In this document: positions 18,558 through 27,930 of the stretch, piece by piece
Position numbering within the stretch: position 1 is the first letter of the stretch
Layout: the number at the start of each line of letters is the position of its first letter
Assembly: GCA_903851365.1 (NCBI GenBank)
Contig: CAINOB010000082.1
Location: 7,590 to 71,589, forward strand
Origin: an uncultured Bacteroidota bacterium
GTDB taxonomy: Bacteria > Bacteroidota > Bacteroidia > Bacteroidales > UBA12481
DNA: 64,000 nt
Direction: 5' to 3'
Notes under the pieces: model-generated
What the model was told of the DNA's origin: nothing
What the model saw: only the letters and a program-made list of their open reading frames with translations
The model's database searches: none
Position numbers and translations under genes: made by a program

Positions 18558-18912
18558 GTTTACTGGTTTTGGGGTCTTATTTTTGAAATAACGCGCCAAA
18601 GTATACTTTATTAAATTTCCAAACAAATTTTTACTAAAGTATTTGAGCAATGTTTCCCTTTGAGGTTTAGCAGCTTAAATGAAATCGTCATGCTAAATTA
18701 AAACAACTCTGGGAAAGAATGAAATTAAAGTTATCAACAAGTGTATCAAAGAATTAACCCGTTGGTTGTAAAATGGATACCGTAACATGAACATTTTAAA
18801 ATAGATACCATAAATTCATTGATACATAAGGGTTTAGAATCCAAAAGTACGAGTTGGGCCTTGTCCAATTTATGACGCTATTAAAATAAACTCTTCCTCA
18901 ATAACCATAATA

Positions 18913-21900
18913 CTACCCCACCATCGGCCACTCCCTATACTGCCCCTCTGCCTGTTCAATAATCTCAACCAGAATTGCATTTAACTCTGTAATATCCACT
19001 TTTCCCCGGAGTTCTCTTTTAACAGCCAGTCGGATCGCTGCCCTGGCGTTCTCTTTCTTGTACCAGTCGATCTGGAGGTTTTTTCGAACTGCCTCCGTCA
19101 CGTTACGGACAATGTCTGCAATCAATCCGATATCCTGGATTGCACCTTTGTGATGGGCCAGTATATCGTAAAAGGCCAGTTCCTCTTCGCTTAAACCGAG
19201 TTCTTTCTTGCGGTGATCTTCTTCTTTGAGTTCTTTCGTCCTTTCTAATAATTCCAGTACAGTTGTATATGAGTCGAATGCATTCTTGTGGTATAATTCG
19301 ATAATTTTCTCCACCTGTTCCTTCAGCGAGGTATACTTAATGATGTTCTTCGACATCCGGTACTTGATTTCATTGTTCAGGATCTGCCTGAGCAATTCAA
19401 CTTTGATGGCAAGACCAGATTTCTTATCCTTTGCCCCAATCAGGAAATCATCATTGAGGATGGAAATATCCGGTTTTTCAACACCGGCCATGGCGTAGAT
19501 ATCGACAATCTCATCGGACTCAATGCTCCTCCTGACAAGATCCTTAATTCCCTCACCGGCCATGCGGGATGGACCCGGTGGATGTTTTAATTTCCGCACA
19601 CATACCCCAACGTGCTGAACGAAGATGATGTCGAGACTAATGTTATTTATTAAGGGATGTGAACTAACCATAGTGGTCAGCGCCGAAACCTTTTTCTCTA
19701 TCAGGAGAAAGTCCTCCGAAACCTGATCTTCCTTTACAATATGGTTTACTGCCCTGCTGACAAGCAATTGTTTATCTCCAGTAGACAAGGCTCTCCACCT
19801 CGAATAATCAAAACCATCTGGCCAAAAGGTATTGGCTAATCCCAATTGCTCCACTAATTCTGAGAATGCAGCATCCACATCAATTGTCACATCTCCCCGA
19901 CCTCCACCTTTTGTATATTTCTTGGTGGCATCCTTCAGCCGGTCCCCAATCCCAATGTAGTCAACTATGACTCCACCCGGTTTATCTCTGAATACCCGGT
20001 TAACCCTTGCTATGGACTGCATCAAGTTATGACCGTGCATAATTTTATCAATATACATGGCATGCACTGCCGGTGCATCAAATCCCGTCAACCACATATC
20101 CCGGACAATAACCAGTTTCAGTGGATCATCAGGATCTTTAAACCTGGATTTGACCGCCTCCTGACTTTCTGTGGTTCGTAAATGTTTGTTCCATGCTGGT
20201 GGATCGGTCGAGATGTTTCCGGTCATTACAACTGCAACCTCAGGGCAACCGGGGAGGGCGGTTATGGCATCATACATCCTTACGCAATTCCTCCTGCTCA
20301 TACACACGATCATTCCTTTCCCCGGAAGAATCGCATTTCTTTTCGTGAAATGTTCCAGAATGTCTGTTGCTACCTTGTTTACCCGCTCATAAGCTCCAGC
20401 GGCATCATCAATAGCGGCCCATTTCAGGTGGTTGGATTCATCGATCGGCAATCCTCTGACAATCTCTTCTGCCTCTTCATCGATCCCCTCATTGGATAAA
20501 TGCAGTTGAGCCAACCGTGGTTCATAATAAATGGGGACGGTAGCCTTGTCCTCGACAGCCTGTTTGATGTCATATACATGGATCGTTTCCCCGAACACTT
20601 CCCAGGTATCGGCATCTTTTAGATCCACTGGAGTGCCCGTAAATCCAATGAAGGATGCATTTGGGAGTGCGGTCCTGAGAAAAGATGCGAACCCATCCAA
20701 CAGGCCGTATTGGGTTCTGTGGGCCTCGTCAGCTATGACAATAATATTCTCCCGTGAAGATAATACAGGGTGCGTTATCTCCCGGTCACCATTTTCATCA
20801 GCTCTCAGCCGGAATTTCTCAATAGTTGAAAAGATAACCCCTCCACCTTCAGATGAAAGAAGCTCTCTTAGTTCAATAGTAGTCTTAGCATGCGAAATTG
20901 ATCCAGTGAGATCCTTGGCATAGATGAAGTTGTCGTATAACTGGCGATCAAGGTCGTTCCGGTCAACCTGCACAAGGATGGTAGGATTTCTGAGTTCAGG
21001 TAGTTGCCGAAGTATCCCAGTGAAGATGGCCATCGAAATACTTTTACCTGCTCCTTGGGTGTGCCAGATGACCCCGATACGCCCATCTCCTTTGGGTTTG
21101 ATTGCATCAAGAGTATGTTCTACTGCCGCCAGCACACCGAAAAATTGATGGTATTTTGCTCCTTTCTTGATCAGCGTTCCACTATGGTCTTCATGGAAAA
21201 TAAAATACCGGATATACGTTAGCAACCTTGGTTTCGGCAATAGTCCGAGTATCAGGGAATGCAAGGCATGACCATCTTCAACCGTCGTTTCGCCATCGAT
21301 CGACTTCCATGGTGCATACCACTCCCGACCGGATGAAAACATCCCCGACAAGGTTTCTGTTCCGTCAGAAATGACGGTCAGAGCATTATATTCAAAAAGT
21401 ATAGGGATATCCTCCCTGTAATGCTGTATTTGGTTGAAGGCATTATCGACCGTGGCTGTGGCATCAAATGGGTTCTTAAACTCAAATACAATGAGTGGGA
21501 TACCATTGATGAAGATGATCAGATCGGGCCTCCTTGCATTCTTTCCCTGTATGGAGAACTGATTGACACAAAGAAAATCGTTCTGCTCAGGGTTGGAATA
21601 ATTGATTGGGTAGATATGCTCTAAATGCAGATTGCCTGCCTTATCGGTCCATGAGTAGTCAATACCCGTGGACAATTTTAAGTGAAAATCCCGGTTCCGA
21701 TAATCCATATCACTTCCTTGATTGGACAGGAGTAGGAGCATGACCTCCATCACTTCCTTTTCGGGTAACTGAGGATAAGCCTCTGACAAATATGCATGAA
21801 ACCGATCCTCAAGAACAACACTTTTTAATGGTCTGGTGATGTCAGATCCATGGATATATGAGTAACCTGCTTGATTCAACCACTCAATGGCAGCCAATTC

Positions 21901-21927
21901 TACATCGGATTCGGTTAGTTTGTTCAC
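18913..21927 (-). CDS. hsdR: type I restriction enzyme R subunit
   Basis: The N-terminus ESDVELAAIEWL is typical of HsdR. Walker A HTQGAGKS, DEAH box VIADEAHRTQ and helicase C motifs are present. GTG start at 21927 in a GTGA overlap with the upstream ORF. Confidence 0.92.
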   Translation of the reverse strand: MNKLTESDVELAAIEWLNQAGYSYIHGSDITRPLKSVVLEDRFHAYLSEAYPQLPEKEVMEVMLLLLSNQGSDMDYRNRDFHLKLSTGIDYSWTDKAGNLHLEHIYPINYSNPEQNDFLCVNQFSIQGKNARRPDLIIFINGIPLIVFEFKNPFDATATVDNAFNQIQHYREDIPILFEYNALTVISDGTETLSGMFSSGREWYAPWKSIDGETTVEDGHALHSLILGLLPKPRLLTYIRYFIFHEDHSGTLIKKGAKYHQFFGVLAAVEHTLDAIKPKGDGRIGVIWHTQGAGKSISMAIFTGILRQLPELRNPTILVQVDRNDLDRQLYDNFIYAKDLTGSISHAKTTIELRELLSSEGGGVIFSTIEKFRLRADENGDREITHPVLSSRENIIVIADEAHRTQYGLLDGFASFLRTALPNASFIGFTGTPVDLKDADTWEVFGETIHVYDIKQAVEDKATVPIYYEPRLAQLHLSNEGIDEEAEEIVRGLPIDESNHLKWAAIDDAAGAYERVNKVATDILEHFTKRNAILPGKGMIVCMSRRNCVRMYDAITALPGCPEVAVVMTGNISTDPPAWNKHLRTTESQEAVKSRFKDPDDPLKLVIVRDMWLTGFDAPAVHAMYIDKIMHGHNLMQSIARVNRVFRDKPGGVIVDYIGIGDRLKDATKKYTKGGGRGDVTIDVDAAFSELVEQLGLANTFWPDGFDYSRWRALSTGDKQLLVSRAVNHIVKEDQVSEDFLLIEKKVSALTTMVSSHPLINNISLDIIFVQHVGVCVRKLKHPPGPSRMAGEGIKDLVRRSIESDEIVDIYAMAGVEKPDISILNDDFLIGAKDKKSGLAIKVELLRQILNNEIKYRMSKNIIKYTSLKEQVEKIIELYHKNAFDSYTTVLELLERTKELKEEDHRKKELGLSEEELAFYDILAHHKGAIQDIGLIADIVRNVTEAVRKNLQIDWYKKENARAAIRLAVKRELRGKVDITELNAILVEIIEQAEGQYREWPMVG

Positions 21928-22397
21928 GCCTTTTCTCTCCCAATTAAAATGAGGTGGAATCCATCAGATACCTTTTGTTTTGACACCAGCTTTTGATGCA
22001 TCGGCTTCTTTTTATATTGAACCAAGAGATTTACCAGGCGATTATCTGAACAAACGGCAGCGAGAAAGTCAAAATCATTCGGATTAATAGTACTTGCGAT
22101 ATCCCTTATTTTTGGCCTGAGGCTGGTCCTTTTAAAAATATCGCAACTGCCGGCAATTTTTTTTAATTTTTTAAAGGGGATATTGAACCTATGGATTATA
22201 GCATCCACTGATACTTCTTGTATTGATTCTCTATCGTTTTGCTTACGTTTTGAATACCGGGGTAATCTCTGCAATATCTCTTGCCTGTGTTGGGAAGTGC
22301 TGCCAATGGCAACCTTTTTTTTTGATTTTCGATTGCTCGCCAGGGCTACCTTTTGCATAGCCCCTTGTGAGACCTTATTTTGTCCTTGGTATACCAT
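21924..22397 (-). CDS. hypothetical basic protein embedded between hsdS and hsdR
   Basis: 157-aa ORF with a Lys/Arg-rich N-terminal half. Its stop overlaps the hsdR start codon (GTGA). Confidence 0.5.
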   Translation of the reverse strand: MVYQGQNKVSQGAMQKVALASNRKSKKKVAIGSTSQHRQEILQRLPRYSKRKQNDRESIQEVSVDAIIHRFNIPFKKLKKIAGSCDIFKRTSLRPKIRDIASTINPNDFDFLAAVCSDNRLVNLLVQYKKKPMHQKLVSKQKVSDGFHLILIGREKA

Positions 22398-22407
22398 GGA
22401 GATCTCT

Positions 22408-23652
22408 TTATAGCGGATGCTGCTCTACATCCTTGACCCGAATTTCGCCACTAATAAGTTTGGGGAGAAGGTAGTCACGTGTTTCCATTAATATTTTGTT
22501 TTCTCTATTATTATTCCAGATCTGATCCATTAGTGCCCCAATTTTGTCAGCGATTATCTTTTGATCCTGCTGTTGCGGCAAAACAATCTTAAATTCCCTA
22601 AAATCCTTTAATACAATACGTTGAATTACAGCACCCGTTACAATTGACTTTAGCCTTTCGTGAACAGAATCTGACTTTAATTGAAAATTCAATAAGTGGG
22701 GATTAAGTCTTCCATTCGGTCTTATTATCGCAATTGAAGATAATAGAACCAGATTCAGATCTTGTTCAACCACGAAAGAATATTTTAAGAAACTACCATC
22801 CTTTGCAATCAACAAATCATTTTTCAATGGTCTACATCCTTGATCTACTAAAGTTCGATAATCAGTATTGCTGATTCTTCTGCATGATTCTTCATTTATA
22901 TTCCAATCAGTCATGTCTTTAACGGATGCCATAGGCATTCCAATGTCCTGCGACTTCGGACTTAGATGTGCCCCATCAGTAATCTTGGATGAGACCTCTG
23001 ATAGTCTGGAAATCCCCCAATCCTTCGGTATCGGCCCCAATTCGCTATCAACAAATTCACCATCCCGGAACGGCCCAAAATCCACAAACCACTCCTTATA
23101 AATAGCCATCGCCATATCTTCAAGGGTCTTGTTCATCTCCAGGTTGAGTTCGATCTTGTCATCAAGGGTAGAGAGGATGGAAGTGATAATATGTTGTTCT
23201 TGGATAGGCGGTAAATCAATCTGAATTTCATCAAATGTGGATCTTGTAATTGTATCAAAGACACTACCATGAGAATGATTTTTGAGTTGATGGACTTTGT
23301 ATTTTAACAAATAATATAAATAATCATTACTTGCAAGCGTGTGTTTCGCCACTAACCCGTAACATGACTGATTGAAAGCCATTTCACCACTTAGCACCCC
23401 GATCTCCCCAACTGTTCCTCTGGCTGATACAATAACACTACCACAAGGCAAAATCCTTGTTGAAGAATGCTTCAAACCTTCCGCTGTGATACACTTTTCA
23501 GTTTTTATGATGTGTTTGGCATCCCCATGAAAATCAACAACACTAATCCATGGAATTGCACCATCCCAATATCTTTTGACGGTTGTCTTCGGTGTTCCAC
23601 CTCCGAATAAGTCAACGACTGCACTAATTGTGGTCTTATCCCAGTTTGTCAT
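22408..23652 (-). CDS. hsdS: type I restriction-modification specificity subunit
   Basis: 414 aa with two target-recognition halves separated and followed by conserved helical repeats (LPPIQEQHIITSILSTLDDKIELN, LPQQQDQKIIADKIGALMDQIWNN). Confidence 0.9.
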   Translation of the reverse strand: MTNWDKTTISAVVDLFGGGTPKTTVKRYWDGAIPWISVVDFHGDAKHIIKTEKCITAEGLKHSSTRILPCGSVIVSARGTVGEIGVLSGEMAFNQSCYGLVAKHTLASNDYLYYLLKYKVHQLKNHSHGSVFDTITRSTFDEIQIDLPPIQEQHIITSILSTLDDKIELNLEMNKTLEDMAMAIYKEWFVDFGPFRDGEFVDSELGPIPKDWGISRLSEVSSKITDGAHLSPKSQDIGMPMASVKDMTDWNINEESCRRISNTDYRTLVDQGCRPLKNDLLIAKDGSFLKYSFVVEQDLNLVLLSSIAIIRPNGRLNPHLLNFQLKSDSVHERLKSIVTGAVIQRIVLKDFREFKIVLPQQQDQKIIADKIGALMDQIWNNNRENKILMETRDYLLPKLISGEIRVKDVEQHPL

Positions 23653-23655
23653 TAT

Positions 23656-24456
23656 TTATAAGACAATTGTTGTTGAAGAATACTTTTTATCAGTTAGGCC
23701 AGATTTCACAATCCGAATTGTTGACGTACCAAAATATTTTTTGAGAAATGTGATAAAATGGTCCGCAGTAAACGATCCCAATCGATGATCCAGTACAATA
23801 GTTGTATTTTGGAATAACTCTAAAGGATCTATCTTCAAATCAATAAATGATTTGCGAGTCATAACATCACTTTTTTTAACAATAATAATTCTCCTCTCGT
23901 TTTCATACGCAAATGCATTGCGTTTGAATAAAAGTAGTTTTACTTGTTCTTCAATAATTTCGTTGTTCAGAATGGAATCTTTAAATCCGGGTAGGAGGCC
24001 TAACTCCTTCTTATGGGCATCGATGTTCTTCTGAAATTCATATTTAACTTTACCGATATAGATGGTTTCAATCGCTCTATTATTCAACAATTGGTCTTGT
24101 AGGTATTTAATTAATGCCTCGGATTGAACGCTTATTCTTACTCCATCATTATTCCTAATGTATGTGTACCAATACGCCTCACTGGAATATGTCCCCGTGA
24201 AACATAAACAATAAGCCCTGTCCCTCAAAGGCAACGTGTAATTTTTCTTACCAATTTTAAACTCAGCATTAAGAAAGTGTTTTTCAAAAGGATCATCCCA
24301 CTCAGTCGGGTTTGAAAATCGAATAGTCTTGCCCGACAGGATTTTGAGTAGTGATTCAAGGCTAATAAACCTATAAAGGTTAGTGGTTTCACTAACAAAT
24401 GTGGAATGATCAAATATTGATTTACCGATTGAGGTATAGATCAGATTCTTGACCAT
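23656..24456 (-). CDS. DUF2971-like protein embedded between hsdM and hsdS
   Basis: N-terminal LYRFISLESLLKILSGKTIRFSNPTEWDDPFE resembles the DUF2971 signature (lYrY...l...l.fs.p..fNDPfE). Gaps of 2-3 nt to both neighbours. Confidence 0.55.
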   Translation of the reverse strand: MVKNLIYTSIGKSIFDHSTFVSETTNLYRFISLESLLKILSGKTIRFSNPTEWDDPFEKHFLNAEFKIGKKNYTLPLRDRAYCLCFTGTYSSEAYWYTYIRNNDGVRISVQSEALIKYLQDQLLNNRAIETIYIGKVKYEFQKNIDAHKKELGLLPGFKDSILNNEIIEEQVKLLLFKRNAFAYENERRIIIVKKSDVMTRKSFIDLKIDPLELFQNTTIVLDHRLGSFTADHFITFLKKYFGTSTIRIVKSGLTDKKYSSTTIVL

Positions 24457-24458
24457 AC

Positions 24459-26048
24459 TTAATTAATAAAATTCTTAAAATTCTTTAATACAACCTCTTC
24501 GATTCTATGTGATTCGACAAATTGAGCAGAAAGTTTTTTACTTAGACTAATTATCTTTTCTTCAAAAGGAACTCCATCATCCACTGACTCTTCAGTTCCC
24601 ACATAAATACCAGGTGTTAATTTGTAATCTTGAGCCTTGACCATATCTAATGTCGCCACTCTACATAACCCTGCGATGTCCTCATAGTTTCCAGTCTTGG
24701 TCCGCCATTCGTGATAAACAGTTGAAATCTTTTGCACATCCTCATCACTAAAGACCTTCAGTTTCCTCGTAGCCATGGAACCCATTTTGGATGCATCAAT
24801 GAAAAGGATTTCTCCCTTCCTTTCCCGGAATCCATCTCTACCCTCACGGTTTTTGCTGAGGAAGAAAAGACAGGCCGGGATACCAGTAGTCATGAAAAGT
24901 TTTTCTGGGAGCCTGACAATGCAGTCGATAACCCCATTATCAACGAGGTATTGCCGCACAATCTTTTCACCGACTGTGTTAGTAGTCATCGCACCATTAG
25001 CCATTACGAATCCGGCCGTTCCCAAATCATTCAAGTGGGAAAAGAAGGTCTGCATCCACATAAAATTTGCATTCCCATCAGTGGTGTATTCAGTTCTTTT
25101 GCCAAATAGCCTTGGGTCATCATCAGCCAGATCCTCTGGATGCCATTGGGATACATTAAAAGGCGGATTGGCGATCACAAAGTCTGCCTTCAGGTCATGG
25201 AACTTATCGTCCAATAGCGAATCACCCACTTTGAGGTCAAAAGGTAGGTCCCTGAGTAATAAATTCATCTTGCACAACCTCAGAGTCCCTTCATAGCGAT
25301 CCTGACCATAAATCGAGATATCGCCTTTATTACCGCCGTGCTCCTGGATGAACTTCATCGATTGGACAAACATTCCGCCACTTCCACAGGCGGGGTCGAA
25401 GATCCGGCCATGAAATGGTTGTAACATCTCCACCAGGAGGCGAACGATAGATCCCGGTGTAAAGAATTGTCCGGCACCAGAACCTTCAGCCATTGCAAAC
25501 CGGCCGATATAGTATTCGTATATTCTGCCCAGGATATCTGATTCCGGGTTCTCCTTTTCAGAAAACTTCTTTTGTGAGAACAGGTTGATGATCCCGCCCG
25601 TTTGCCGTGCTGACAATTGGCTACGAACAAAGATCGGAGGTAGTATCCCTCTCAGGTTGGGATCAGTGTCAGCCAGGATATCATCGATGATGGTAAATGC
25701 CTTGTCAATCTTAACCTTGATATCATCCTGCTCGGCATTCTCTTGTAAAAACGCCCAGGTGGCCTCTGTGGGTAATTTAAAAACGTTCTTTGCCTTGTAT
25801 TCATCTGGATCATCCAGAACGTAGTCGATCTCTTTAGGATCTGTTGTATAATAGTGCGATTCCGGTTGCTGGACCAGTGCTGCTAATTCCTCCCGTCTCA
25901 TATCATATCGCTCCGACAGATGTTTGAGGAATAGCAAAGAGAGGACAAAATCTTTGTACTGGTTCTCGGCAACTGCTCCACGTAGTTCATTGGCGGCGGT
26001 CCAGAGTTCACGCTCGAAGTCGATGTCAGCCTTAACTTGTTTTGCCAT
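24459..26048 (-). CDS. hsdM: type I restriction-modification N6-adenine DNA methyltransferase subunit
   Basis: HsdM N-terminal helix (LWTAANELRG), AdoMet motif DPACGSGGM and catalytic NPPF (VIANPPFN). Confidence 0.92.
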   Translation of the reverse strand: MAKQVKADIDFERELWTAANELRGAVAENQYKDFVLSLLFLKHLSERYDMRREELAALVQQPESHYYTTDPKEIDYVLDDPDEYKAKNVFKLPTEATWAFLQENAEQDDIKVKIDKAFTIIDDILADTDPNLRGILPPIFVRSQLSARQTGGIINLFSQKKFSEKENPESDILGRIYEYYIGRFAMAEGSGAGQFFTPGSIVRLLVEMLQPFHGRIFDPACGSGGMFVQSMKFIQEHGGNKGDISIYGQDRYEGTLRLCKMNLLLRDLPFDLKVGDSLLDDKFHDLKADFVIANPPFNVSQWHPEDLADDDPRLFGKRTEYTTDGNANFMWMQTFFSHLNDLGTAGFVMANGAMTTNTVGEKIVRQYLVDNGVIDCIVRLPEKLFMTTGIPACLFFLSKNREGRDGFRERKGEILFIDASKMGSMATRKLKVFSDEDVQKISTVYHEWRTKTGNYEDIAGLCRVATLDMVKAQDYKLTPGIYVGTEESVDDGVPFEEKIISLSKKLSAQFVESHRIEEVVLKNFKNFIN

Positions 26049-26331
26049 GTGGGGTTGGATGGTGAGAAGATTTATCTGCCCGAAGGTACGAGTTTTCGGG
26101 GAAAGGGGTAGGACAAACCACGAATTTAGCCTCCTTGAGGGGACGGTGAGGTTTTGTTCCGGTTCCGTTGCAACAGAAATATCAGGCTATCACTGATGCC
26201 AAGGAAGAATTTGGGGAGTCAGTTAGAGCCGGAATCTGTTTATCGAGTTCCAGAAATTCTTGTATCAGTTCAAGGTAGCATAAGTTTTTAATAATGAAGT
26301 ATTTGGGTAGTAGTTAAATTCTAATGTGAAA

Positions 26332-27237
26332 TCATTCCTTTTCTTCAAAATCTAAAATCTGCTGACCACCAAAGGCTCTTGCAAAGTTTCTTTGAAAATG
26401 CAGCCATGTTGGAGATATTTTCATTAAAACAATGACCTGTTGGAGTTGTCCTTTTAGAATTGGGCTACCAATATCTTTTGTCATCCATTGATGAAATCTT
26501 GCAACGTAATTACCCGCTTCACTTTTGGGTGTTCTGATTTGTAATTCTTTTCGCAATTCTGGGGATAAAACATCATATATTATCGTGTTTGTAATTTTAC
26601 CTAAAACCTGTGGTCGTTTAACAGATAATGGATCATAGGTCCATCCTTTCAATCGGAATAGTTGTTTATAATATTCATCTGGAAATGTTTTTTCCCATGG
26701 AATCAATTCTTGACTAATGAAATGTGTAAGAAGTTCTCTGATTTCATTCCTTGATCTAACTTGTTGATATCCTGTTGCCTCATCAATTAATGCAATAATA
26801 CCAACCTTGGCGAACACCCTTGTAAGCATTTCACATTGTTCTGCAATAAGCAATAATTTAGGATACTTATTTAAGACTCCAGATTTTCTTGCCTCCAATA
26901 TAACATCGCACAACTTAGGTAAAATAATAGCATCATATCCTTGTGCAACCTTTCCACCTCTACCTGGACGAATAAAAGAAATGGGTGATTCAAGTTCAAT
27001 GGCTAACTCACTCGTTATGAAAGGCTTAATTATGGCATTATCTAATAATTTTTTCAGTATTGTACCATGGGCTTGTCCTAATCCTAATGCCGCTTGCATA
27101 CCTCTCCCAGATAGTACACGCTGCTTATTTTCAAGCACATAACAAGAAATATTGGTGTCATTAAGGTTTATGGGCTTTTTAATCGATCCATGGGTTGCCC
27201 GTAAAATCGAATCGGTTTTATTAACGTCTTTTTTCAT
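26332..27237 (-). CDS. hypothetical protein, possibly P63C-domain (phage-associated) family
   Basis: 301 aa. The N-terminal pattern THGS...I.CYVLENKQRVLSGRGMQAALGL recalls P63C-domain proteins. This is from memory only. Confidence 0.35.
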   Translation of the reverse strand: MKKDVNKTDSILRATHGSIKKPINLNDTNISCYVLENKQRVLSGRGMQAALGLGQAHGTILKKLLDNAIIKPFITSELAIELESPISFIRPGRGGKVAQGYDAIILPKLCDVILEARKSGVLNKYPKLLLIAEQCEMLTRVFAKVGIIALIDEATGYQQVRSRNEIRELLTHFISQELIPWEKTFPDEYYKQLFRLKGWTYDPLSVKRPQVLGKITNTIIYDVLSPELRKELQIRTPKSEAGNYVARFHQWMTKDIGSPILKGQLQQVIVLMKISPTWLHFQRNFARAFGGQQILDFEEKE

Positions 27238-27314
27238 GATTGAAGATTTATTGCCCTTGGCACGGTTAGATTAAATTTGACACATTTATCATTTACAATA
27301 TAAAACACAACTCA

Positions 27315-27794
27315 TTAATGTATTTGTTCACCCCCCCGCTCTTGCCCTTCTTCTAATGTTTTATCCAAGTGATGATCTTTGTTGGTCCCTCCAACATAGG
27401 CTTCAGCGGTTTCATTGATTTCTTCTAAAAATGCACCGTACACTATTTTTGCTTTTCTGATCCTCATCATCATTAACCAAGCAGTATCTTTCGTCACTTC
27501 GATATCACGGGCAAATTGTCTTACGGAAATTCCTTTTTTTGCATCTAAAATTATGGAAATGGCTAAGAACCATTTTTGAATATCTAACTTGGAATTATGG
27601 AAAACGGTTCCAACTGTAACACTAAAAGAAGTATTACAATTATTACAATGGTATCTTAATTCCTTTGAGACTGGTGTTGTTTTGGTCGAATTACAATATG
27701 GGCATTGAGCAACATTATTCCATCTCACTTTTTCCAGATGTCTTATGCAACTTGAATGATCTGGGAACTGCTTGTATATTTGGACTAAACTCAT
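27315..27794 (-). CDS. IS1595-family transposase N-terminal region only (zinc ribbon + HTH); DDE domain absent
   Basis: FPDHSSCIRHLEKVRWNN.AQCPYCNS...YHCNNCNTSFSVTVGTVFHNSKLDIQKWF...ISVRQFARDIEVTKDTAW matches the IS1595/ISXO2-like N-terminus. The ORF stops shortly after EAYVGG, where the DDE domain should begin. Confidence 0.6.
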   Translation of the reverse strand: MSLVQIYKQFPDHSSCIRHLEKVRWNNVAQCPYCNSTKTTPVSKELRYHCNNCNTSFSVTVGTVFHNSKLDIQKWFLAISIILDAKKGISVRQFARDIEVTKDTAWLMMMRIRKAKIVYGAFLEEINETAEAYVGGTNKDHHLDKTLEEGQERGGEQIH

Positions 27795-27930
27795 TTTTGA
27801 ATTATTTCTCTACCATATAATAGGACAAATATATAACATTATAAAGGCTTTGTCAATGGAATTGCAAAAAAGTTATCAACAATTAACCTACCATATTCTA
27901 TGACAGTACTAAATTATAAAATTAATAGAA

